The translations under genes and the position numbers were made by a program. 64,000 nt of DNA from Spirochaetia bacterium. Lineage in GTDB: Bacteria > Spirochaetota > Spirochaetia > SZUA-6 > Bin103. The stretch is from positions 3,680,001 to 3,744,000 of the forward strand of contig OZ241907.1 of NCBI GenBank assembly GCA_965203515.1. The letters run 5' to 3'. A model generated the notes under the pieces. That model did no database searches. It saw only the letters and a list, made by a program, of their open reading frames with translations, and was not told where the DNA came from. Shown one piece after another: positions 47,251 through 56,296 of this stretch (position 1 is the stretch's first letter; each line of letters opens with the position of its first letter).

Positions 47251-48172
47251 GGTGATGGCGGCGAAGCCGGAGTGGCTGCGGGTGCGCCTGTCGTCCGACC
47301 CGCGCTATTTCCAGGTCCGCGAAATCGTCCGTTCACAGAAGCTCCATACCGTATGCGAGGAGGCGCGCTGCCCCAACATCCACGAGTGCTGGGGCACGCA
47401 CGGCACCGCCACCTTCATGATAATGGGCAACGTCTGCACCCGGCGCTGCCGGTTCTGCTCGGTGCGGACCGGATTGCCCGGCGGCGTGGACCGCGACGAG
47501 CCGCGCCGCGTGGCCGAGTCGGTGGTGCGGATGGGGCTCCGCCACGTCGTGGTCACCATGGTGGCGCGCGACGACCTGCGCGACGGCGGCGCCGGCGCGA
47601 TGGCGCGGACGGTGGGCGCGATCCGCGCCGCCGCGCCCGCCTGCCGGATCGAGGTGCTGCCCTCCGACCTGGCCGGCCCCGATCCGGCCGGCCCTGCTTC
47701 AGGGGTGCGCCGCTCCTCCGTGGAGACCCTGGTCGACAGCGGACCCGACATCATCGCCCACAACCTGGAAACGATACGCCGGCTGACGCCGGCGGTGCGG
47801 TCGCACTCCGACTACGACCGGTCGCTCGGCTTCCTGCGCACCGTCAAGGAGCTGGCTCCGCCGGCCGTCACCAAGTCGAGTCTGATGCTGGGGCTTGGCG
47901 AGGAAGAAGGCGAGGTGGTCGAGGCGATGGACGACCTGCGCGCCGCCGGCGTGGACATCCTCAACCTGGGCCAGTACCTGCAGCCGGGCCGCACGCAGCT
48001 TCGCGTCAAGCGCTTCTGGCGTCCGTACGAATTCGACCGCCTGCGCCGCATCGCCCTCGACCGGGGGTTCCGCTCCTGCGCCGCAGGCCCGTTCGTCCGC
48101 TCCAGCTACCACGCGGAGGAGCAGGCAATGCACGCGGAGGAACAGGCGATGGCCGGCCCCTGCCCGGCCTGA
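47249..48172 (+). CDS. lipA: Lipoyl synthase
   Basis: KPEWL, CEEARCPNIHEC, CTRRCRFC, RSSYHA. Confidence 0.96.
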   Translation: MVMAAKPEWLRVRLSSDPRYFQVREIVRSQKLHTVCEEARCPNIHECWGTHGTATFMIMGNVCTRRCRFCSVRTGLPGGVDRDEPRRVAESVVRMGLRHVVVTMVARDDLRDGGAGAMARTVGAIRAAAPACRIEVLPSDLAGPDPAGPASGVRRSSVETLVDSGPDIIAHNLETIRRLTPAVRSHSDYDRSLGFLRTVKELAPPAVTKSSLMLGLGEEEGEVVEAMDDLRAAGVDILNLGQYLQPGRTQLRVKRFWRPYEFDRLRRIALDRGFRSCAAGPFVRSSYHAEEQAMHAEEQAMAGPCPA

Positions 48173-48199
48173 CCCGGTGGGCCTGCCTGAGTTGCGGTC

Positions 48200-48421
48200 C
48201 TATCGCTGCTGCGTCGTCTTCAGCAGCCGGTCGATCAGGACGAAGGCGAGCGCGGCGCGCTCGTTGCGCGACAGGCGCTCCTCCAACTCGGCGAGGGCGG
48301 CGCGTATGCGCGGGCCGCCCCGGTCATCGGCGTCGGCCAACTCGAACGCCCGCGCGAGCTGCGCCTGATTGATGCAGTAGACCGATTCGCCGCCGGTCAG
48401 GTCGGTCGGCTGCACCGCCAT
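48200..48421 (-). CDS. Small hypothetical protein (73 aa) downstream of iscA
   Basis: ATG preceded by a purine-rich stretch; helical, natural-looking composition. Confidence 0.55.
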   Translation of the reverse strand: MAVQPTDLTGGESVYCINQAQLARAFELADADDRGGPRIRAALAELEERLSRNERAALAFVLIDRLLKTTQQR

Positions 48422-48445
48422 CCCGCGCCGTTCCCCCGCCGGCCG

Positions 48446-48787
48446 CTACAGGGCGAAGCTGGCCCCGCAGCCGCACGCCTTGGTGGCGTGCGGGTTGCTG
48501 AAGCGGAAGCCCATGCTTACCAGGTCGTCGGAATAATCGACGTCGAGATGCTGCAGGTGCCGGGCGCTGTCGCGGTCGGCCAGCAGGGTGACTCCGTCCC
48601 GGTCGTAGACCACCACGTCGAACGGGGTGCGGGTCTCATCGATCGACGCCTGATAGGTCATGCCGGAGCAGCCGCCCTCCGTGACCCAGAGGCGCAGGAA
48701 GCCTCCGTCCGGCGCGAGCCGGCGTATCTCCACACGGGCCCGATCGCTGATGGAGACCGAATAGGCGGTCGCCGTTGCTTCACTCAC
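48446..48787 (-). CDS. iscA: HesB/IscA family A-type Fe-S carrier
   Basis: GGCSGMTY and FSNP....CGCGASF. Confidence 0.93.
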   Translation of the reverse strand: MSEATATAYSVSISDRARVEIRRLAPDGGFLRLWVTEGGCSGMTYQASIDETRTPFDVVVYDRDGVTLLADRDSARHLQHLDVDYSDDLVSMGFRFSNPHATKACGCGASFAL

Positions 48788-48793
48788 GCGATG

Positions 48794-48822
48794 AAGATAC
48801 TCTCTTGGCGAGGGAGTTTCAA
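48794..48822 (-). promoter_or_regulatory. Putative leaderless promoter of iscA
   Basis: TTGAAA-17 nt-TATCTT-6 nt-GTG 48787. Confidence 0.6.
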
Positions 48823-48957
48823 TGCGCGCCTGCGCGGATCGGCGCAGCAGCGATCCTGACGGAGCCGCGCACTTACGCCCGCGCCGATTCCACCGCGCGA
48901 GCGTTGTGCGTATGATTGGAGCCGACCACCCGGATACCGTTCACCGTGAGGGAACCG

Positions 48958-49302
48958 ATGATCAGCAACGCAGACCTGACCGCTGCCAAGACGGTCGAAA
49001 ACCCGGAGGGCATCTTCCGCACCACCCTGACGTTCGGCGAGGAATCGATGCTCTGCCACTTCAGGATGACCAAGGGCGCCCGCATCCCGTTGCACAACCA
49101 CGTGGCCGTGCAGAACGGCTACGTCGTCTCCGGCAAGCTGAAGTTCCACAAGGGGCAGGAGGGCAACACCTTCATCGCCGCGGCCGGCTCCAGCTACTTC
49201 TTCGCGTCCGAGGAGTTCCACGGCTGCGAGGTGCTGGAGGACACCGAGGCGGTGGAGTGCTTCTCCCCGATGCGGCCGGAGTACGCCCCGGACGCCGACT
49301 GA
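48958..49302 (+). CDS. Cupin domain protein
   Basis: PLHNH..QNGYVVSG, GSSY, FHG, FSPMRPEY. Confidence 0.88.
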   Translation: MISNADLTAAKTVENPEGIFRTTLTFGEESMLCHFRMTKGARIPLHNHVAVQNGYVVSGKLKFHKGQEGNTFIAAAGSSYFFASEEFHGCEVLEDTEAVECFSPMRPEYAPDAD

Positions 49303-49308
49303 GCCGCC

Positions 49309-49731
49309 GTGCCCTGCAGCGACCAGACCGAGCGGCTGACGCTGGAACTCGATGACCAGGACCGCATCCGCGGCTTCTCCGTCTACAAGATGACGTGCCG
49401 GCAGCCGGTCGGCGGCTCGGAGTTGCTCCCCGTGGTCCGGGACATGCCGGCGCGATCGCTGCTCTCGGCGCCTGCCGGCGACCTGATCGATCCCCGGCTC
49501 GACGACGTGCAGGCGTTCATGCTGACCAAGCAGCTCGTGGCGTTGCAGGGGGCGATCGCGGTCCTGTACGGCCTGCCGGAGGACGGCTTGCCGGATGAAG
49601 GAGGGCCACAGGCGTTCGACCTGCAGGAACTGGAACATGACCGGCACGGAACCCGCTTGGCCGGAGCGATCGCCATCAACGTCATCGCGGAACGGATCAG
49701 CTCCTGCGGCGGCTGCCGCTGTTCTCTGTAG
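49309..49731 (+). CDS. Hypothetical Cys-containing protein, possibly IscU/NifU-N-like
   Basis: PCSD..LTLELDDQDRI..FSVYKMTC pattern; C-terminal CGGCRC. Confidence 0.6.
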   Translation: MPCSDQTERLTLELDDQDRIRGFSVYKMTCRQPVGGSELLPVVRDMPARSLLSAPAGDLIDPRLDDVQAFMLTKQLVALQGAIAVLYGLPEDGLPDEGGPQAFDLQELEHDRHGTRLAGAIAINVIAERISSCGGCRCSL

Positions 49732-49750
49732 CCGGCGCGAACACGCCGCC

Positions 49751-50899
49751 GTGGACGGCCGCCTGTCCCCGATCCGCCAAGCCGCCGATCGGGTCGGCCT
49801 CGACCTGCTCGGCATCACGCCGCCGCGCGGCGCCGCGGCGGCTCAGCGCCGTTTCGAGCGGTGGATCGCGCTGGGGCGGCACGGCGAGATGCGCTACCTG
49901 GAGCGCCACGCCCCGGCCAAGACCGATGCCGCGGCGCTCCTGCCGGGCTGCGCGGCGGTGATCGTGGTCGGCCTGAGCTACAACCGCCGGCCGGCGCCCG
50001 CAACGCACCCCCAGGCCCTGGCCGCGGTACGGGAGGCGGACGCCGCGCGGCGATCCGGCCGGGTCGCCGCGACCGGCCGGATCGCCATGTACGCGTGGGG
50101 ACGCGACTACCACCGCGTGCTGCGGCGCAAGCTGCGCGATCTGATCGGGACGCTCGCCGGGGCGCTGCCGGGCGAGCGGTTCCGGTGGGGCGCGGACGCC
50201 ACGCCGCTGCTGGAAACCCACTTCGCCGCCCGCGCCGGCCTGGGCTTTCAGGGCAAGCACACGCTGCTGATCCATCGCCGGCTGGGGAGCTGGTTCGTGA
50301 TCGGCGAAGTGCTGACCACGGCATCGCTGCCGGCGACGGCGCCGCTGCCGGCCGCGCCCCCGCCGCAGGCGGCCGGCGCGCGGCCGCGCTGCGGCACGGC
50401 CTGCAACCACTGCCGCGACGTCTGCCCCACCGGCGCGCTTGACGACGAGTGGCGCATCGACGCGCGGCGCTGCATCTCCTATCTGACCATCGAGCATCGG
50501 GGCGCCATTCCGGTCGAGCTGCGGCCGCTGATCGGGGACTGGCTGTTCGGCTGCGACCTCTGCCAGGAGGTCTGCCCCTGGAACGTGCGCGCCGCGCCGG
50601 CCCGCGAGCGGGACTTCATCGCCGACCGGGCCGGGCCGGCGATCGACCTGGCCGAGGTGCTGGCGATCCGGGATCACGCGCAACTGGCCGCGCGCTTTGC
50701 CGGCACGCCGCTGATGCGCGCCGGACGCCGCGGCCTGGTGCGCAACGCCTGCGTGGTCGCCGCCAACGTGCGGGCGCACCACCTGCTCGGCGCTCTGCAG
50801 GCCCTCACCGCCGACCGGGACCCGGTGGTCGCCGAGCACGCCCGTTGGGCGTGCGACCGCCTGCGCGCAGCTGCCGAGCGCGCGGGGACCGCTCCATGA
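49751..50899 (+). CDS. queG: Epoxyqueuosine reductase
   Basis: HGEMRYL, YAWGRDYH, CGTACNHCRDVCPTGA, RCISYLTIE, GCDLCQEVCPWN. Confidence 0.95.
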   Translation: MDGRLSPIRQAADRVGLDLLGITPPRGAAAAQRRFERWIALGRHGEMRYLERHAPAKTDAAALLPGCAAVIVVGLSYNRRPAPATHPQALAAVREADAARRSGRVAATGRIAMYAWGRDYHRVLRRKLRDLIGTLAGALPGERFRWGADATPLLETHFAARAGLGFQGKHTLLIHRRLGSWFVIGEVLTTASLPATAPLPAAPPPQAAGARPRCGTACNHCRDVCPTGALDDEWRIDARRCISYLTIEHRGAIPVELRPLIGDWLFGCDLCQEVCPWNVRAAPARERDFIADRAGPAIDLAEVLAIRDHAQLAARFAGTPLMRAGRRGLVRNACVVAANVRAHHLLGALQALTADRDPVVAEHARWACDRLRAAAERAGTAP

Positions 50900-52266
50900 A
50901 CGGCGTTGCGCCCGAAGCGGACACGGTGGTGGCGGTCGCCACGCCGCCCGGCACCGGGGCGCTCGCCATCGTGCGGCTCTCCGGCCCGCAGGCGGTCGCG
51001 GCGGTGGCGGCCTGCTTCCGTGGCGCGGACCTCCGCCGCGTCGCCTCGCACACCGCCCACCACGGCCACGTCATGGCCGGCTCGGAACCGATCGACGACG
51101 TGGTGGTCACGGTGTTTCGCGCGCCCCGTTCCTACACCGGCGAGGATTGCGTGGAGATCACCTGTCACGGCAACCCGCGGCTGACCGCGCGCATCGTCGG
51201 CGCGCTGCTGGACGGCGACCCGCCGGTGGCCGCCGCCGGTCCGGGCGAGTTCACCAAGCGTGCGTTCCTTTCCGGCAGACTCGACCTGACGCAGGCGGAG
51301 GCGGTGGCGGACCTGATCCGCGGCTCGGCGGACACCGCCCTGCGCGGCGCGCGGGCTCGCCTGGACGGCGCGGTGGCCGCTCTGGTCGAGCCGATCCGGG
51401 AAGGATTGCTGGACGCGCAGAGCGAGCTGGAGGTGGAGCTCGACTTCGCCGAGGAGGAGGGCGATCCGGCCGACCGCGGCGCCGTGCGCGCCCGGTTGGC
51501 GGTGGTCGCCGAACTGTTGGCGCAGGCGGCGGCGGATCCGCTCTGCGCCGAGCTGCCCTGTGACGGCGTCAACGCCGCCATCGTCGGGCCGCCCAACGTG
51601 GGCAAGTCTTCGATCCTCAATCGGCTGGCCGGCAGCGAGCGGGCTATCGTCGACGCGGCGCCCGGCACCACCCGCGACGTGATCCGGGAGGACCTGTCGA
51701 TCGCCGGCATGCACGTGCGGCTGTGCGACACGGCCGGCATCCGCGTGGGGGCCGGCGGGGTGGAGCGGGCCGGCATCGCGCGCACGCGTGAGGCTGCGGC
51801 GCAGGCGGACGTGGCGATTCTGGTCGGCGACGCCCGGACCGGCTTTGCGGCGCGCGTGCGTGCGGAGGTGGAGGAGGTGATCGCCGCAGACCGGCTGCTG
51901 CCGGTGCTCAACAAGGCGGATCTGCTCGGCGGCTCGGCGCCCGCGCCGCCCGGCGGCGCGCTGCTGGTATCGGCGCGCACCGGCGCCGGCATCGCCGAGC
52001 TGGCCGCCGCCCTGCGCGCCAGGGCGGCGGGGATCGACTACACCGAGCGCGGCGCCTCGGTCGCCGGCGCCCGCCATCGCCGGGCGTTCCGCGACGCGCT
52101 GGCCGAAGTCGATGCGGCCGGCGGCCTGCTCGCCGCCGGCGCCGAAGCGGAGGTGGTGGCCGTCCATCTGCGCAAGGCGACCGCCGATCTGGACGAGATA
52201 CTGGGCGTGGTGACCACCGACGACATCCTGAACCGCATCTTCGCGCGGTTCTGCATCGGCAAGTGA
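50896..52266 (+). CDS. mnmE: tRNA modification GTPase MnmE
   Basis: PRSYTGED.VEI.CHG, GEFTKRAF, GPPNVGKSS, GTTRD, DTAG, NKAD, FCIGK. Confidence 0.96.
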   Translation: MNGVAPEADTVVAVATPPGTGALAIVRLSGPQAVAAVAACFRGADLRRVASHTAHHGHVMAGSEPIDDVVVTVFRAPRSYTGEDCVEITCHGNPRLTARIVGALLDGDPPVAAAGPGEFTKRAFLSGRLDLTQAEAVADLIRGSADTALRGARARLDGAVAALVEPIREGLLDAQSELEVELDFAEEEGDPADRGAVRARLAVVAELLAQAAADPLCAELPCDGVNAAIVGPPNVGKSSILNRLAGSERAIVDAAPGTTRDVIREDLSIAGMHVRLCDTAGIRVGAGGVERAGIARTREAAAQADVAILVGDARTGFAARVRAEVEEVIAADRLLPVLNKADLLGGSAPAPPGGALLVSARTGAGIAELAAALRARAAGIDYTERGASVAGARHRRAFRDALAEVDAAGGLLAAGAEAEVVAVHLRKATADLDEILGVVTTDDILNRIFARFCIGK

Positions 52267-52273
52267 GCGGCCG

Positions 52274-54217
52274 GTGAGCGGCATGGAGGCGGACCGCGCC
52301 GCGGCGATCGATCCGGCCGACGTGGAGCCGGCGAACGTGGAGCCGGCCGACGTGGTCGTGCTCGGCGGCGGCCACGCCGGCATCGAGGCGGCCAGCGCCG
52401 CGGCGCGCATGGGCTGCTCGGTAGCGCTGGTCACCATGGACCGCGCGGCGATCGGCCGCCTGTCGTGCAACCCCGCGATCGGCGGCACCGCCAAGGCGCA
52501 CCTGGTCCACGAGGTCGACGCGCTGGGCGGCGTGATGGGCGAGCTGGCCGACCGCACCGGCATCCAGTTCCGCATCCTCAACCGCTCCAAAGGCCCGGCC
52601 GTCTGGGCGACGCGCTGCCAGTCGGACCGCGATTCGTATGCGCGCTGCGCGCGGCAGCACGTCGAGTCGCTCGACCGCATCCGCATCGTCACCGGCACGA
52701 TCGTCGCGGCCGACCGCGCCGCCGGCGGCGCCGTGTCGGCCGTGACGCTCGGCGACGGCCGGCGCATTCCCTGCCGGGCGCTGGTGATCGCCTCCGGCAC
52801 CTTCCTCGACGCGGTCATGTACACCGGCCTGGAGCCGACCGCAGGCGGTCGCGCCGGCGAGCCGGCGGCGGTCGGCCTGGGCGGGTGGCTGGCGCGCGCC
52901 GGCCTGGCGACCCACCGGCTCAAGACCGGCACGCCGCCGCGCCTGTACCGCGACTCGATCGACCTGTCGGCGTGCCGGGAGCAGGCGGGGGACGCCGATC
53001 CGCAGCCGTTCTCCGGGCGCACCGGCCGCGCCGCCTTTCCGGTCATGCCGCAGGTGAGCTGCTACATCACCCACACCACGGCCGCCACCCACGCCGTGCT
53101 GCGCACCGGCTTCGGCCGGTCGCCGATCTTCACCGGCGCGATCGCCGGCCGCGGCCCGCGGTACTGCCCGTCGATCGAGGACAAGCTGGTGCGCTTCGCG
53201 GACCGGGACCGGCATCAGCTCTTCATCGAGCCCGACGGCCTGCGCAGCGATCTGATCTATCTCAACGGGTTCTCGACCTCGCTGCCGCGCGAGGTGCAGG
53301 CGGCGGCGCTGGCCACCATTCCGGGGCTGGAGCGGGCGCGCGTGGCGCGGCCGGGCTATGCGGTCGAATACGTCAGCGTGCCGGCGTATCAGTTGGGACC
53401 GACGTTACAGACGCACGCCGTGCCCGGACTGTTCCTGGCCGGACAGGTGTGCGGCACCTCCGGGTACGAGGAGGCGGCGGCGCTGGGGCTGATGGCCGGC
53501 ATCAACGCGGCGTGCCGGGCGCAGGGCCGGCCGCCGTTCACGCTCGGTCGCAGCGAGGCGTATATCGGCGTGATGATCGACGACCTGACCACCCGCGAGT
53601 GGCGGGAGCCGTACCGCATGTTCACGTCGCGCGCCGAGCACCGGCTGGTATTGCGCCAGGACAACGCCGAGCGCCGCCTCGCGCACTACGGCCACCGGCT
53701 CGGGCTGGTCGGCGACGCCCACTACCGGCGCGTGGTCGCGCGCGCGGCCGCGGTGGAGGACGCTCTGCGCGCGCTCGAAGCCGTCCGCGCAGCCCCGCGC
53801 GCGGTAGGGGAGCTGCTGCGCGCTGCCGGCGCCGCGCCGCTCGCCGCGCCGGCGCCGCTCGCCGGCTTGGCCCGCCGTCCGGAGGTGCCGTTCCGGGACC
53901 TGCTGGCGGCCGCCGGCGCGGCCGGCGTACCGGCGCTCCGCGCGCTCCTCACCGACGCCCCGCTCCGCGCCCAGGTCGCTGCCGAGGTGCGCTACGCGGG
54001 CTACGTCCGGCGCGAACGGCAGCTCATCGAGCGGCAGGCCCGTCACGAGGCGGTGCGGATTCCGGAGGCGTTCGACTACGCGGCGGTGCGGGCGCTGTCG
54101 GCGGAGGCGGCCGAGACCCTCGCGCGCATCCGTCCGGTGAGCTTTGGCCAGGCGTCGCGCGTGGCCGGCGTCACCCCGGCCGATCTCAACGTGCTGCGGG
54201 TCGCGCTCCACCGCTGA
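52274..54217 (+). CDS. mnmG: tRNA uridine-5-carboxymethylaminomethyl(34) synthesis enzyme MnmG
   Basis: GGGHAG, SCNPAIGG, LKTGTPPR, GPRYCPSIEDK, EPYRMFTSRAE. Confidence 0.96.
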   Translation: MSGMEADRAAAIDPADVEPANVEPADVVVLGGGHAGIEAASAAARMGCSVALVTMDRAAIGRLSCNPAIGGTAKAHLVHEVDALGGVMGELADRTGIQFRILNRSKGPAVWATRCQSDRDSYARCARQHVESLDRIRIVTGTIVAADRAAGGAVSAVTLGDGRRIPCRALVIASGTFLDAVMYTGLEPTAGGRAGEPAAVGLGGWLARAGLATHRLKTGTPPRLYRDSIDLSACREQAGDADPQPFSGRTGRAAFPVMPQVSCYITHTTAATHAVLRTGFGRSPIFTGAIAGRGPRYCPSIEDKLVRFADRDRHQLFIEPDGLRSDLIYLNGFSTSLPREVQAAALATIPGLERARVARPGYAVEYVSVPAYQLGPTLQTHAVPGLFLAGQVCGTSGYEEAAALGLMAGINAACRAQGRPPFTLGRSEAYIGVMIDDLTTREWREPYRMFTSRAEHRLVLRQDNAERRLAHYGHRLGLVGDAHYRRVVARAAAVEDALRALEAVRAAPRAVGELLRAAGAAPLAAPAPLAGLARRPEVPFRDLLAAAGAAGVPALRALLTDAPLRAQVAAEVRYAGYVRRERQLIERQARHEAVRIPEAFDYAAVRALSAEAAETLARIRPVSFGQASRVAGVTPADLNVLRVALHR

Positions 54218-54230
54218 CACGCGCGTCATC

Positions 54231-54869
54231 GTGTCCCGCCGCGCACTGATCGGCCGCCGCGACCTGTCGCCGAGCGCCTACGTGCTGCGCATCGAGCGCG
54301 GGGCGCTGCGGTTCACGCCCGGGCAGTACGTCACCGTGGGCGCGGCCGGCGACGTCGAGACGCGGGAATACTCGATCTACTCCGGCGCCCGCGACCCCTA
54401 CCTGGAGGTGTTGATCAAGGAGGTTGCGGACGGCTCGGTCTCCCGTCGGCTGCGGCGCCTGCCGGCCGGCAGCCCGCTGGCCGTGGACGGACCGTTCGGC
54501 TACTTCACCATCGCCGGCGAAGCCGCGCGCGGGCCGCTGCTGTTCGTGGCATCGGGGACCGGCATCGCCCCGTTCCATGCGATGGTGCGCAGCGATCCCG
54601 GGCTCGACTATCTGCTGCTGCACGGCGTGCGCACGCTCGACGACTGCTACGAGTCGGCGGCCTTTCCGCCCGACCGGTACGTCCCGTGCGTGAGCCGCGG
54701 GACCGGCGGATTCCAGGGCCGCGTGACCGACTACCTGCGCCGGCATCCGGTCGCCGCGTCCACGCCGTGCTTTCTGTGCGGCAACAGCGCGATGATCTTC
54801 GCCGCCTTCGATCTTCTCAAGCGGCAGGGCGTACCGAGCGAAAATCTGTTCGCGGAGGTCTATTTCTAG
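54231..54869 (+). CDS. Ferredoxin/flavodoxin-NADP+ reductase-like FAD oxidoreductase
   Basis: PGQY, REYS, GPFG, GTGIAP, LCGN, C-terminal EVYF. Confidence 0.88.
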   Translation: MSRRALIGRRDLSPSAYVLRIERGALRFTPGQYVTVGAAGDVETREYSIYSGARDPYLEVLIKEVADGSVSRRLRRLPAGSPLAVDGPFGYFTIAGEAARGPLLFVASGTGIAPFHAMVRSDPGLDYLLLHGVRTLDDCYESAAFPPDRYVPCVSRGTGGFQGRVTDYLRRHPVAASTPCFLCGNSAMIFAAFDLLKRQGVPSENLFAEVYF

Positions 54870-54961
54870 CCCCGGCACGGGCCGGCACGGGGAGGTCGAA
54901 GACCCGGCAGGTCGTTTCAGCGGTTGTCGAATGGCGGGAGCAGATATTATGCTCCTTTGCC

Positions 54962-56296
54962 ATGACGTACCATCTGGTGTCGTTCGGCTGCCAGATGAAC
55001 CTGTCCGACACCGAACGGATCGCCGCGGTGCTGGACGCCGCGGGGTTCAGGAGGACCGAGCGGGAGGAACAGGCGGATCTGATCGGCGCGATCGCCTGCT
55101 CGGTGCGTCAGCGGGCGATCGACCGGGTCGACGCTCGCATCGAGCGCTGGAACGCCTGGAAGGCGCAGCGGCCGTTGCTCACGTTCGTCTCCGGATGCGT
55201 GCTGCCGCACGACGAGCGGCGGCTGGCCGGCAAGTTCGACTTCCTGGTGCGCACCGCCGACGTGCCGTCGCTGCCCGACCTGATCCGCCAGGACGGGGTG
55301 ATGACGGCCGCCTCGGGCGGCGGTTTTCTGGGCACCGACGACGCCTTCTGGAAGATCACCCCGCGCTACTCCTCGCCGTACGCGGCGTTCGTGCCGATCC
55401 AGAACGGCTGCGACAAGTTCTGCACCTTCTGCGCAGTGCCCTACACCCGCGGGCGGGAGGTGTCGCGGCCGTCGTCCGACATCGTGGACGAGGTGGGGCG
55501 TCTGGTCGGCCGCGGCTACCGTTCGATCACGCTGCTCGGCCAGAACGTCAACTCCTACGGCACCGACGCGTCGGGCGAGTGCAGCTTCGCCGAGCTGCTC
55601 GACCGGGTAGCCGGCGTCTGCGAGAAGGCCGGCCGCACGATCTGGGTCTACTACACCTCCCCGCATCCGCAGGACATGTCCGCCGAGGTGCTGCGGGTGA
55701 TGGCCGCCCACCCCTCGCTGGCCAAGCAGGTGCACCTGCCGCTGCAGTCCGGGGACGACAAGGTCCTGATCCGCATGAACCGCAATTACCGGCTCGACCG
55801 CTACCGCCGTATCGTCGAGCAGATACGGCAGCTCCTGCCGCAGGCGACGCTGTCCACCGACGTCATCGTCGGCTTCACGGGCGAGACCGACGAGCAGTTC
55901 GAGCAGACCCGCCGGGCCATGCGGGAGTTCCGGTTCAACATGGCCTACGTCGCCGCCTACTCGCCGCGTCCGGGAGCCGCCAGCTCGCGGTGGGCGGACG
56001 ACGTGCCGGCCGCGGTGAAGAAGGAGCGGGTGCGGATCCTGTCGGAGGAGCTGCAGCGTTCGGCCGGCGCGCACAACGCCGCCCTGGTCGGCGCCACCCA
56101 GCCGGTGCTGGTGGAAGGGCCGGCACGCCGCGCCGGCCATCTGACCGGACGGACCGAGGGCCGGGTGATCGTGCGGTTCCCGGAGCGGGCCGACCTGCTG
56201 CCGGGTCACGTCGTGCCGGTGCGCATCACGCGCGCGGCGCCGCTCTCCGTGGAGGGGGAGCCGGTCGCCGCGCCCGCCATGGAGCTGGCGTCGTGA
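54962..56296 (+). CDS. miaB: tRNA-2-methylthio-N6-dimethylallyladenosine synthase
   Basis: GCQMN, CSVR, CDKFCTFC..PYTRGRE.SR, LLGQNVNSYG, HLPLQSG, C-terminal TRAM domain. Confidence 0.93.
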   Translation: MTYHLVSFGCQMNLSDTERIAAVLDAAGFRRTEREEQADLIGAIACSVRQRAIDRVDARIERWNAWKAQRPLLTFVSGCVLPHDERRLAGKFDFLVRTADVPSLPDLIRQDGVMTAASGGGFLGTDDAFWKITPRYSSPYAAFVPIQNGCDKFCTFCAVPYTRGREVSRPSSDIVDEVGRLVGRGYRSITLLGQNVNSYGTDASGECSFAELLDRVAGVCEKAGRTIWVYYTSPHPQDMSAEVLRVMAAHPSLAKQVHLPLQSGDDKVLIRMNRNYRLDRYRRIVEQIRQLLPQATLSTDVIVGFTGETDEQFEQTRRAMREFRFNMAYVAAYSPRPGAASSRWADDVPAAVKKERVRILSEELQRSAGAHNAALVGATQPVLVEGPARRAGHLTGRTEGRVIVRFPERADLLPGHVVPVRITRAAPLSVEGEPVAAPAMELAS

